Below are positions 38,964-47,905 of a stretch of 64,000 nt of DNA, in pieces. The stretch's first letter is position 1. Each line of letters starts with the position of its first letter. Origin of the DNA: Acidobacteriota bacterium (GTDB taxonomy: Bacteria > Acidobacteriota > UBA6911); contig OY761556.1 of NCBI GenBank assembly GCA_963664705.1, positions 5,792,001 through 5,856,000 of the forward strand. Reading direction: 5' to 3'. The notes beneath the pieces are model-generated. The model did not search any database, was not told the origin of the DNA, and saw nothing but the letters and a program-made list of their open reading frames with translations. Both the position numbers and the translations under genes were made by a program.

Positions 38964-39752
38964 TTACAGCGCTTTGCTCCCGCCGAGAATTCTCTCGATC
39001 GCATCGCGGCAGAGCGTAAGCACTCGTGCCAATTCAGGTTCTTTTTTCGTAAACCTGACTGTTGGGGTCGGAATGGTGATTGCGGCAATCTCCCCGTCAA
39101 AGCCGATGATCGCAGTTCCGATCGCCGAAATTCCAATCGAATGCTCCTCGCGATCGAATGCAAGCCCGGTTTCCCTAATTGTGAGGAGTTCCTCTTCAAG
39201 TTTTTTCCAGGAGCGGATGGAGTTTTCGGTGAAAGCGGTCAAATGCATGCGCTTTTTAACGCGGCTCAATGCCGCATCATCAAGCGCAGCCAACATCGCT
39301 TTGCCATTTGCCGTGCAGTGCAACGGGAATGAAACTCCGATAGCGGAGACGGCTCGAAGGCGATGGGATCCGGGTATCTGATCCACGAACACCGCCTTAT
39401 CCGCATCCATGACTGCGAGGTCAACGGTCTCACCTGTTTTCTCGGAAAGCTCCCGAAGGTAGGGGGCGGCGGTTTCGGCGAGCGGGAAACGTATGGAATG
39501 GGCAATCCTGACCAAGGCCGGACCGAGTCGCAGTCGGCCGCCGGGAGACGCTGAAACTACGAAATTCTCGGAATCAAGAGCCGAAATAATTCGCTGCACA
39601 GTTGATTTGGGCAAACCGACTTTTCCGGCAAGCTGGCCGAGACTCATACCGTTGCTTCCCTCGAGCGCCCGCAAGATCTCGGCCGCGCGAGCTATGACTT
39701 GGACTCCGTTTCGGTCCCTGGCCTTGGCTTTTGTTTTCAAGCGCTCAACCAT
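38964..39752 (-). CDS. IclR-family transcriptional regulator
   Basis: HTH VIARAAEILRAL...GLPKSTVQRI; GETVDL, PLHCTANGKAMLA, GLAFDREE. Confidence 0.93.
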   Translation of the reverse strand: MVERLKTKAKARDRNGVQVIARAAEILRALEGSNGMSLGQLAGKVGLPKSTVQRIISALDSENFVVSASPGGRLRLGPALVRIAHSIRFPLAETAAPYLRELSEKTGETVDLAVMDADKAVFVDQIPGSHRLRAVSAIGVSFPLHCTANGKAMLAALDDAALSRVKKRMHLTAFTENSIRSWKKLEEELLTIRETGLAFDREEHSIGISAIGTAIIGFDGEIAAITIPTPTVRFTKKEPELARVLTLCRDAIERILGGSKAL

Positions 39753-40668
39753 CCAGCGGTTCTCCCTTTTGCAATGCTTTCCTCAGGTACTGCGTCAGCC
39801 GATCCCGGACACCTTGTGCTGATTCCGGCGTCCACTCATAAAATCCCTTGCATGATTTCATCCCAAGGCGCTGCTCCCCAATGTAATGCGCCAACAACGG
39901 GCTGGGCTCGGGTGACGCTTCAAGATGCCGAAGGATTACATTGTGAATCGCGAGAGTCAAGTCCAGTCCCACAAGGTCAGCGTTCTCCAGCGGACCCAAT
40001 ATCGGCAGCCGAATGCCGAAGCTGTTTTTGACGACCAGATCTACTGTTTCGGCATCGCAAATACCAGCCGCTACAATTGAAATTGCTTCTCTCCACAAAG
40101 CGTGCTGTAAACGATTGCCGACAAAGCCCGGCACATCGCGTTTGACATGGACCGCCAGTTTTCCCACCCGCTTTAGCAGGTGGATGCACTTCTCGATATA
40201 AACTGGATCAGTTTGAGGCGCTTGGATGACCTCAACCAATGGGATCAAATAGGGAGGATTCCACCAGTGCGTGCCGAGGATGCGCCGCCCGGCGTCCTCG
40301 GCCTTGGCGGCGATCTCCCCAATTGGAATGACCGACGTATTGCTGGCCAGGATACAGCCGGGCTTTGTAACCTTCGATATGTCCGCGAAAATGCCCTGCT
40401 TCAATTCAAGATTCTCGGGCGCAGCCTCGAACACGATATCGGCGTTTTCAACCGCAGCTTTGAGGGCTCGGTGCAGGGTTATTCTCTCAACACTCGATGG
40501 ATCAAAGCCAAGGCTCTGCAGGTTTGCACTCACCCGCTCGGGAACTCGTGCCAGCACTTCCGGGAAAGGATCGTGGATCGCGACATCGTGCCCCATTACT
40601 GCAAAAACCTGCGCTATGCCGTGTCCCATCAACCCGGCGCCGATCACTGCAATTTTTTCCATTTTCAA
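39745..40668 (-). CDS. 3-hydroxyacyl-CoA dehydrogenase family protein (candidate 3-hydroxy-5-oxohexanoate dehydrogenase)
   Basis: IAVIGAGLMGHGIA, EAAPE, ASNTS, GTHWWNPP, PGFVGNRLQ. The specific role is inferred from context. Confidence 0.88.
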   Translation of the reverse strand: MKMEKIAVIGAGLMGHGIAQVFAVMGHDVAIHDPFPEVLARVPERVSANLQSLGFDPSSVERITLHRALKAAVENADIVFEAAPENLELKQGIFADISKVTKPGCILASNTSVIPIGEIAAKAEDAGRRILGTHWWNPPYLIPLVEVIQAPQTDPVYIEKCIHLLKRVGKLAVHVKRDVPGFVGNRLQHALWREAISIVAAGICDAETVDLVVKNSFGIRLPILGPLENADLVGLDLTLAIHNVILRHLEASPEPSPLLAHYIGEQRLGMKSCKGFYEWTPESAQGVRDRLTQYLRKALQKGEPLDG

Positions 40669-40680
40669 GCGCCTCCTGTC

Positions 40681-41481
40681 CTATACCACTCCATATTTAT
40701 AAATTCTGGGCGGAACGGGATTGATATCCTTCTCATCAATCAACGCTGCCATCCGGACAATGGATCCATCTCCCATATACCATCGCAATGGAAGTCCCAT
40801 AATCGTAACGCGCTTCCCGACGACCATCGCGATATCGCCGCCTACGTTTTCCCAACCCATGATCCCATTTCTAAGGAGAAGATTGTGACAGGGCTCCCAT
40901 TCGGGGAAATCCGCCAGCACGTCGCGTCCTGTCATCTGCTTATATTCATCACTGAGCGACGGCATGATAGGGCCGGGCCCATGGGGACCAATTGCGGTGT
41001 GCAGAGGGTGATCCAAAGCCTGCTGGTCCACGCCTACCGCTTTTACTCCTTTGGCGACAAACCACTCGCCTGCTTCGCGTCCGAGACCGGGCGAGTAGCA
41101 GAAGTACTCCTTATTGTCTCCCCAATATTTATTCCAGCCCGTGTGGACGATCACGATATCGCCCTTTTCGATCTTAGGCGTTGCCTTTTCCAGGTCGGCG
41201 GCTGTGATCAATTCCCATCTTTTCTTTGGGATGTCCACGACAACGCCCGTCCCATAGTAAAGATCCAGCGGTAATTCATGCGTATACGGGAGTCCTTCGA
41301 CTACATGTCCCGGCGAGTCGGCATGGGTTGAGCAATGCATCACGGTTGTGATCTTCTGTGAAAGGACGCCCGATTTGGCGTGGTAATGCATGCGCTCAAC
41401 TTTGATGTCTTCGAAGTATGGCCAGAGGGGAACGCCGGGGCCAAAGGGGTGACTGAGGTCCACTAATTTCTGATTGCTCAT
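40681..41481 (-). CDS. Cyclase/kynurenine formamidase family metal hydrolase (candidate dihydrophloroglucinol cyclohydrolase)
   Basis: LVDLSHP, MHCSTHADSPGH (HxxTHxD), GDIVIVHTGW, VGVDQQALDHP, ENVGG. Start at 41481. Confidence 0.88.
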   Translation of the reverse strand: MSNQKLVDLSHPFGPGVPLWPYFEDIKVERMHYHAKSGVLSQKITTVMHCSTHADSPGHVVEGLPYTHELPLDLYYGTGVVVDIPKKRWELITAADLEKATPKIEKGDIVIVHTGWNKYWGDNKEYFCYSPGLGREAGEWFVAKGVKAVGVDQQALDHPLHTAIGPHGPGPIMPSLSDEYKQMTGRDVLADFPEWEPCHNLLLRNGIMGWENVGGDIAMVVGKRVTIMGLPLRWYMGDGSIVRMAALIDEKDINPVPPRIYKYGVV

Positions 41482-41509
41482 TTCAATGTCTCCAATTTGG
41501 GTTGAGTTT

Positions 41510-42301
41510 TTATCCGGCGACTGTACCGCCGTCCACATAAAGGACTTGCCCGGTTACGAAATCGGATGCAGGCGACGCAAGATAAACGGCTGCACCCACA
41601 GAATCCTGAGTTAGGGCGGCCCTGCCCATGGGAATCCTGGACATGAAAACTTTATACAGTTGCTCGTTCTCCAATACCTCCTGTGTGAGAGGCGTCCAGA
41701 AGATGCAGGGAGCAATCGAATTCACATTGATGTTGTACTTTGCCCATTCGGTGGCCAGCTGTTTTGTGAGGAGATTCACTGCGCCTTTGCTTGTTCCATA
41801 AGCGGCATATCCTCCTGGATGCCCGGCAAATGCGCGCACAGAAGAGATTGTGATGATTTTACCCCTTTTCTTTTCTTTGAAAATTTTTGCAGCATGCTTG
41901 CAGCAAAGAAATGTTCCCCGGACATTGATATCCATGACCTGTTGCCAGTCATCAATGGGAAATTCCTCGGCGGGGAAACGCTTCGCGATTCCTGCCGCCG
42001 TGACCAGGATGTCAACAGTTCCGAACACCTTCAGAGTTTCCTGCACCATGGCCTCGACGTCTTTTTCAACGGCAACGTCGCAGCTCAGCGCCAGGGCTTT
42101 TCGGCCGGCCGCCTCAATGTCCTTTACAACGGGTTCCAGTGTCTTCAACGTGCGTCCGGTTATCACAACATTGGCGCCATATAGGGCTAGGCTTTGTGCA
42201 ATCGCTTGTCCCAGGGCGCCCGCACCTCCTGTCAGGATTGCCACCTTGCCTTCGAGACTAAACATGTTTCGGACATAATTCAAATCAACGCGAGATTCCA
42301 T
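41510..42301 (-). CDS. Short-chain dehydrogenase/reductase (candidate phloroglucinol reductase)
   Basis: TGGAGALG Rossmann motif, catalytic YGTSK, NVNSIAP, VDGG. Confidence 0.88.
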   Translation of the reverse strand: MESRVDLNYVRNMFSLEGKVAILTGGAGALGQAIAQSLALYGANVVITGRTLKTLEPVVKDIEAAGRKALALSCDVAVEKDVEAMVQETLKVFGTVDILVTAAGIAKRFPAEEFPIDDWQQVMDINVRGTFLCCKHAAKIFKEKKRGKIITISSVRAFAGHPGGYAAYGTSKGAVNLLTKQLATEWAKYNINVNSIAPCIFWTPLTQEVLENEQLYKVFMSRIPMGRAALTQDSVGAAVYLASPASDFVTGQVLYVDGGTVAG

Positions 42302-42333
42302 TGATCCACCGCCTTTCGACGTACTAATCCAGA

Positions 42334-42672
42334 TTATTTATAGGTGATGATCACAAGCATGCTTGCCGGCTTATTCGTGTTGTTGATGATCGCCCTGGCT
42401 TCGTTGGGCCCAACATACAGAGAGTCTGATGCCCTCAGCACGTATGTTTGTTTGTCCGGTGAGGTGACGGTGACCTCTCCCTCGAGCACAAAATAAAGCT
42501 TTTCCGCCGGTGTGGCGTCCATCTCGGCACCCCCATTCGGCAGAAAATGAGAGAGACCCATCCAGAACTGCTGCGTTCCTGTTTCCTCTTTTCCATGCAG
42601 TCTCAACGCGGTCATGTTGAAATGCTTGGGCGGGGCATAGGGTTTTGCATCCTGCAATTCTACCTTTTTCAT
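42334..42672 (-). CDS. Cupin domain protein
   Basis: 112 aa from ATG 42672 with GGAGG RBS; SHFLPNGGAE...EKLYFVLEGE...DSLYVGPNEAR. Confidence 0.85.
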   Translation of the reverse strand: MKKVELQDAKPYAPPKHFNMTALRLHGKEETGTQQFWMGLSHFLPNGGAEMDATPAEKLYFVLEGEVTVTSPDKQTYVLRASDSLYVGPNEARAIINNTNKPASMLVIITYK

Positions 42673-42698
42673 TCCGGCCTCCTTTATTGTTGCTGAGT

Positions 42699-42736
42699 GT
42701 ATCACGATGTGGTATGACAATACCATAATGCGGTAA
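42699..42736. promoter_or_regulatory. Tandem palindromic boxes, candidate IclR operator in the divergent promoter
   Basis: TATCACGATGTGGTA and TACCATAATGCGGTA, which together form TGGTAT-GACA-ATACCA. Confidence 0.55.
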
Positions 42737-42763
42737 AACCCAGTACCCTCAAAAGGAGACCAT

Positions 42764-43147
42764 ATGGTGAAATGGGCAAGAGTTCTGCTGTTTGTCTCTG
42801 TTGCGCTTTTTAGTCTGACTCCGGCCTTTGCCGCCGATGTTTCAGGTAAATGGACTACTGCGATACAGACTGGAATCGGGGTCATGAACTATACCTTCGA
42901 ATTTAAGGCCGATGGGGAGAAGCTCACAGGAAAGGCCGTGATGTCCATGGAAGGCGGGTCCAGTGAATCCGCCATAACGGAAGGATTCGTGAAGGGTGAT
43001 CAAATATCCTTTGTCGAAGCGCTGAAGGTTCAAGGCCAGGAACTCAGGAGTGAATACAAGGGCAAAATATCGGGTGATGAGATCCGCTGTTCCCGGCAGG
43101 TGGGCAGCTATGGAACGGAAGAGTTCGTAATAAAGCGCGCCAAATAG
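42764..43147 (+). CDS. Small secreted beta-strand protein
   Basis: Signal peptide ending AFA-A; DVSGKW...FKADGEKLTG...GDQISF...YKGKISGDEI; AGGAG RBS. Confidence 0.8.
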   Translation: MVKWARVLLFVSVALFSLTPAFAADVSGKWTTAIQTGIGVMNYTFEFKADGEKLTGKAVMSMEGGSSESAITEGFVKGDQISFVEALKVQGQELRSEYKGKISGDEIRCSRQVGSYGTEEFVIKRAK

Positions 43148-43220
43148 TTTTGCGGCCGCGAAGTCTGTCCTGGAAGAGGTCTTGGCAAACAAGCAGATTG
43201 CTTCAATGAGAGGAGCCGTT

Positions 43221-44156
43221 ATGGCCGACAAGCTGATCATCACAACAGCACTGACGGGCGCAATCACTATCCCAACCCAGACGCCTCACCTGCCCTTTAC
43301 GCCGGAGCACCTCATTGCAGACGCGATCGCATGTGGTCAAGCGGGCACTGCCGCAGTTCACGTGCATGCGCGCGATCCTGTAAACGGACGACCGCTTTCC
43401 GATCCCGACCTCTTTGGGCCGATCCTGAAAGGAATCAAAGCAGGCAGCAATGTTGTGGTAGGGACCACAACCGGAGGAGGTATGGGCATGTCACCTCAGG
43501 ACAGGCTGCGTGTGATTCCACGCTATCGTCCTGAGTTGGCATCGTTCAATCTGGGAAGCATCAATTTTTCTATTCATCCCGTGGCCAGGCGATACAAGGC
43601 CGAGGACTACAAATACGATTGGGAACAGTCGTATGCGGAAGGCACGAAGGATTTTATTTTTCGCAACACCTTCGGCGACATGGAGACCTACGCCAGTACG
43701 TTCGCGGAAAATAATGTGCGGCCCGAATTCGAGGCCTATGATGTGGGACACCTGTACAATTTGCGGTTCATGATGAAGAGCGGCATTGTGAAGCCTCCTT
43801 TTTGGATTCAGTTCGTTTTGGGAGTCCTGGGCGGTCTGGCCGCTACGATTGAAGATTTGATCGTGATGAAGCAAACGGCTGACCGGCTGTTCGGAGGCGA
43901 TAATTATCGATGGTCGGTCATCGGTGTTGGCTATCCCGCCGAGATCAATCTGGCGGCTATGGCAATTATGATGGGAGGACATGTGCGGGTAGGCCTCGAA
44001 GATAATATTTACATCGGCAAAGGCAAGCTCTGCACGAATGTCCAGCTTGTGGAAAAAATCGTGCGCCTGGCGCGAGAGTTTGACCGGGAAATCGCTACCC
44101 CTGATGACATGCGACAAATTCTGGGACTCAAGGGTACTGGAGCGGTTGGCTTTTAA
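43221..44156 (+). CDS. Beta-keto acid cleavage enzyme (DUF849/Kce family; candidate triacetate acetoacetate-lyase)
   Basis: KLIITTALTGA, HVHARD, TTGG, PELASFNLGS, PEFEAYDVGH, GGHVRVGLED. Confidence 0.92.
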   Translation: MADKLIITTALTGAITIPTQTPHLPFTPEHLIADAIACGQAGTAAVHVHARDPVNGRPLSDPDLFGPILKGIKAGSNVVVGTTTGGGMGMSPQDRLRVIPRYRPELASFNLGSINFSIHPVARRYKAEDYKYDWEQSYAEGTKDFIFRNTFGDMETYASTFAENNVRPEFEAYDVGHLYNLRFMMKSGIVKPPFWIQFVLGVLGGLAATIEDLIVMKQTADRLFGGDNYRWSVIGVGYPAEINLAAMAIMMGGHVRVGLEDNIYIGKGKLCTNVQLVEKIVRLAREFDREIATPDDMRQILGLKGTGAVGF

Positions 44157-44170
44157 AGAGGTACGACGGG

Positions 44171-44836
44171 ATGAGCAAATTCATAACTTGTACTGAAGCG
44201 GTTGAGATGATCCCCGATGGCGCCTCTCTCCTGATCGGAGGATTTATGGGGGTCGGATCGCCACACCGCGTAATCGCCGAAATGGTTCGCCAAGGACGGA
44301 AAGGGCTCACCATTATCGCCAACGATACCGGCACGCCGAATTTCGGGATTGGCCAATTGGTGCAAGCCCGGAGTATCCGCAAATTGATCGCATCTCATAT
44401 CGGGCTAAATCCCGAAACACAGAGGCAGGTAATCGCAGGAGAAATAGAAGCGGAGCTATGCCCGCAAGGTACGCTTGCGGAAAGGATTCGTGCTGGAGGC
44501 TTTGGGCTCGGCGGCGTTCTTACTCAGACAGGAATCGGAACCACCGTTGCCGAAGGGAAACCTGTTATTGACGTAGACGGGAAACAATATTTGCTCGAGA
44601 GACCTTTAACCGCTGATTTTGCACTGATCGCAGCGCATCGATCGGATTACCGAGGCAACCTGGAATATTCTATGACCGCGCGCAATTTCAACATGGTCAT
44701 GGCGACGGCCGGCCGGGTTGTCATTGCTGAACCTGAACACATCGTCCCGACCGGCGGCATACCTCCGGATGCGGTGGCGACTCCCTTCGTTTGCATTCAC
44801 CACATTATCGGGAGGGTTGGAACCAATGGACGATAA
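44171..44836 (+). CDS. atoD: 3-oxoacid (acetoacetate) CoA-transferase subunit A
   Basis: IGGFMGVGSP, IANDTG, SHIGLNP, PQGTLAERIRAGG, ARNFN. Confidence 0.88.
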   Translation: MSKFITCTEAVEMIPDGASLLIGGFMGVGSPHRVIAEMVRQGRKGLTIIANDTGTPNFGIGQLVQARSIRKLIASHIGLNPETQRQVIAGEIEAELCPQGTLAERIRAGGFGLGGVLTQTGIGTTVAEGKPVIDVDGKQYLLERPLTADFALIAAHRSDYRGNLEYSMTARNFNMVMATAGRVVIAEPEHIVPTGGIPPDAVATPFVCIHHIIGRVGTNGR

Positions 44837-45476
44837 GGTCCTGATTGCGAAGCGTGTCGCTCGCGAATTAAGGGACGGGAGCCTCGTTAATCTTGGTATC
44901 GGCTTGCCAACACTGGTTCCCAGGTATTTGCCGCCCGGGATCGAAGTCTATTTCCAATCCGAAAACGGGATAATCGGCATGGCGCCCGTGCCTGGTGTCG
45001 GAATGGAAGAACCCTCGCTTACTGATGCCGGTGGCGGTTTTGTCGGTGCCATTCCCGGAGCCGCAAGCATCGACAGTTGCCTCTCGTTCGGACTGATCCG
45101 AGGCGGCCACCTCGATTTAACTATTCTCGGTGGGCTTGAAGTGGATGAACAGGGACGGTTGGCGAACTGGACCGTGCCGGGCAAGATGTTGCCGGGAATG
45201 GGCGGCGCCATGGATCTTGTGACCGGAGCCAAGCGGGTTATTGTCGCAATGTCCCACACTGCAAGAGGCAAACCAAAAATATTGAAGAATTGCACGCTGC
45301 CTTTGACGTCGGTGCGGCGAGTCAGCCTGATCGTGACGGAAATGGCCGTGATCGAACCAACAGAGGACGGCTTGCTTCTTAAAGAGATAGCCCCGGGATT
45401 GAGCGTGGCTAAGGTCGTTGAATCGACAGAAGCGAATCTGATTGTTTCGAAACCTGTTCTCGAAATGGCGTTATAA
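44826..45476 (+). CDS. atoA: 3-oxoacid CoA-transferase subunit B
   Basis: VNLGIGLPT, catalytic QSENG, IRGGHLD, GMGGAMDL. Overlaps the subunit A stop. Confidence 0.88.
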   Translation: MDDKVLIAKRVARELRDGSLVNLGIGLPTLVPRYLPPGIEVYFQSENGIIGMAPVPGVGMEEPSLTDAGGGFVGAIPGAASIDSCLSFGLIRGGHLDLTILGGLEVDEQGRLANWTVPGKMLPGMGGAMDLVTGAKRVIVAMSHTARGKPKILKNCTLPLTSVRRVSLIVTEMAVIEPTEDGLLLKEIAPGLSVAKVVESTEANLIVSKPVLEMAL

Positions 45477-45926
45477 CTCCCAACCCGTCCCGCAGATTCG
45501 CAATTCCAGGGATGATGCATTGAGTGCCAATACCATTGAGGTGTGCAAGCATCCGGGAACACGCAAAAATGTGATGCATTGGTACCACCGCTGCCAACGG
45601 GATGAACCTCAGCCGCTGGCATTTCCATGGCGTTAAACTGACGATTCAAGGAAGCTATTTAGAACCAATCCGTATATGGTGCGTTGCTAACTTGCATAGA
45701 ATACTTTCGTAGCTCTACAAGCCAACAGTATCGAATAGATAAAATGAAGCAAGCCGGGCCGGCATGCCATTTCATTTCTTGCTCCGCTGGCATCAAATAT
45801 CATAGATTTCCTGTCACGCTGTTTTGGGCAGTGATAGCAAATGTATATAGTCAATATAGGCAGCGTTCCGCGTTGCGGATTCCTGGTGCCGATACTGTAT
45901 GCAATTCCATAAGGTGAGGACCGGAT

Positions 45927-47597
45927 ATGGCGCGTAAAAGAGGTAATGCGAATGTGAAGGGTTTGTGCTCTTTGATTGCCGTCATTTTGTTGTATTTGTC
46001 TTCCTCGCTGCCCGCAGCTCCTCCCCAAAATAGGGGGGATGTATACTCTGTACTTGATCCACGGGGCATCTGGCCAAAAATCGAACGAATTCCATTGAGT
46101 CCCAGGCTGCCATCACTGAAAGGGAAGCGGATCTATATCATTAATTCCTGGGGCAGCGGCACAGGGTTTGAGACTATTTTTTCAAAAATCTCCGAGGTAA
46201 TACGAGAGCGCCAGCCCGATGCAACCGTAACAATCAAAGGACGCAATACCGGATATTCCTTAGATGACCCGGAGCTTTGGAAGGAAATGAAGACCAAAGC
46301 AGATGCCTTCATCTACGCTGGTGCCCCATCTTCATCCACCACTTCCTATGCGTTCCAGTGGTCGGCCGCGCTGGAAAAAATGGGTTTGCCGGGTGTCGTG
46401 TTGATGTATGACACCTTATTAAGTGTTGCAGACACCACTCGCAAGCGGCAGGGTGCTGAATTGCGCTATGTTGCGGTCCCTTTCCCTGCAGACACGATGA
46501 GCCCATCCCGGGAAAGCAAGGCTATCGATAGTATTTTGCAATGCCTTACTCTTCCGCTGGAGGCTCAAGAACAAAAAACCGGTTTTATCGAAGCACCGGA
46601 AAGACCGCGAATCATGACCAAAGGCAGCTTCGATGAAATTCAACAATATTTCCACACGCAGGGCTTGAGTGACGGCCTGCCGATTATTCCCCCTACGGAA
46701 GCACGAGTGGCGGCCATGCTGCGTGGTACGAGTCAGAAACCGGACACCGTGGTTATCAAAGCCCTAACGCCGGAAGGTCTGGGTGTCACAGTGGAGAAAG
46801 TTGCCATCAATGGCGTCATGGCAGGCTGTAAGCCCCGCCACATGCCGGTGCTTCTGGCTATGCTGGAGGCCTACGATCTGCACAATCGAACCAACTCTCT
46901 TGTGCGGTCCACGAATGCGTTCTCTTTTATGCAGGTTGTAAATGGGCCGATCCGCAAAGAGCTGGATATGAATGCCGGGACGTCTGTGCTGGGTCCGGGG
47001 AATTATGCCAACGCTGCCATGGGCCGTGCACTGCATTTATTTATCACCAATCTGGGTGGAGGAGTGTCCGGCATTAATATGATGTCGGTTGTAGGCAACA
47101 TCAGCACCTGGCCGTTCATGTTTGCCGAGTTTGAAGAGCAAAGCCCCTGGCAATCTTTAAGCGTCTCACAGGGATTTAAGAAAGAGGAAAACACTCTCAC
47201 AATGTTTACCGGTGGCTGGGCACACGCCGGTAACTACGGGCATGTGCGATTTACGCTGCAACATGTGGCTGAAGACATTGCTGAGTTTGAGCTTCCAAGT
47301 GGTGCCGCCATTATCATATCGCCAAAGCGTGCTGAGATATTAAAGGCTCAAGGGTATACCAAGCAGGGAATAGCCGATTACCTGGTTGAACACGCCACAA
47401 AGCCGCTTGGCAAACTGCGGTCCTCCCATTATTTTTCTGATACCGCGGATAGCGCTGGCAAGCCGGACAGCCTTGAATATCGTGTGTTCAAACCCGGCAC
47501 CGTTCATGTCATCGTGGCGGGAGGCGACGCCAGCCCCATGATGCAGGCCTGGCACATGTACAGGCCCATAACCGTTTCCATTGATAAATGGAAGTAA
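45927..47597 (+). CDS. Secreted UGSC-family-like domain fused to a 'DGLPxxPPT' partner domain
   Basis: N-terminal domain DAFIYAGAPSSSTTS..WSAALEKMGLPGV; second domain GLSDGLPIIPPTEARV..TVEKVAINGVMAGC..VVNGP..NAG..ANAAMGRA. Confidence 0.6.
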   Translation: MARKRGNANVKGLCSLIAVILLYLSSSLPAAPPQNRGDVYSVLDPRGIWPKIERIPLSPRLPSLKGKRIYIINSWGSGTGFETIFSKISEVIRERQPDATVTIKGRNTGYSLDDPELWKEMKTKADAFIYAGAPSSSTTSYAFQWSAALEKMGLPGVVLMYDTLLSVADTTRKRQGAELRYVAVPFPADTMSPSRESKAIDSILQCLTLPLEAQEQKTGFIEAPERPRIMTKGSFDEIQQYFHTQGLSDGLPIIPPTEARVAAMLRGTSQKPDTVVIKALTPEGLGVTVEKVAINGVMAGCKPRHMPVLLAMLEAYDLHNRTNSLVRSTNAFSFMQVVNGPIRKELDMNAGTSVLGPGNYANAAMGRALHLFITNLGGGVSGINMMSVVGNISTWPFMFAEFEEQSPWQSLSVSQGFKKEENTLTMFTGGWAHAGNYGHVRFTLQHVAEDIAEFELPSGAAIIISPKRAEILKAQGYTKQGIADYLVEHATKPLGKLRSSHYFSDTADSAGKPDSLEYRVFKPGTVHVIVAGGDASPMMQAWHMYRPITVSIDKWK

Positions 47598-47905
47598 GCC
47601 TCCGTTGCTTAATGGATGATTTGGCTCATTCAAAATTGAGCGAGATTGGAAACACAAGGCTGTTGCGCGACGCACTCGGTTTTTCTCCTCAACCGATCAA
47701 ATCAGCGGTAAGCAAAGCGCCGAAGGCGCCTCAAGGCTGAGCTGCAGTCTGGGTGGTCGAGTTGTGTTAGGTTCTTTCCCACCCTTTCCTCAGGCCGCAC
47801 CATCTCCCGCATCAATATGGGGTGGTATTTGCGACATTTTTCGTAATAGTATACCGGTTTCGTTTCGCGCGCCTTTATTGATCCTTATCCCCGGTCATAC
47901 CTGAT

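Noticed and set aside
40180-41274. 364-aa plus-strand ORF
   Set aside because: Antisense shadow of the cyclase and dehydrogenase genes. The same applies to 11173-12108 and 54159-55250.
46300-46350. Selenocysteine recoding in the UGSC-like gene
   Set aside because: No in-frame TGA; the codons read Ala-Pro-Ser-Ser-Ser.
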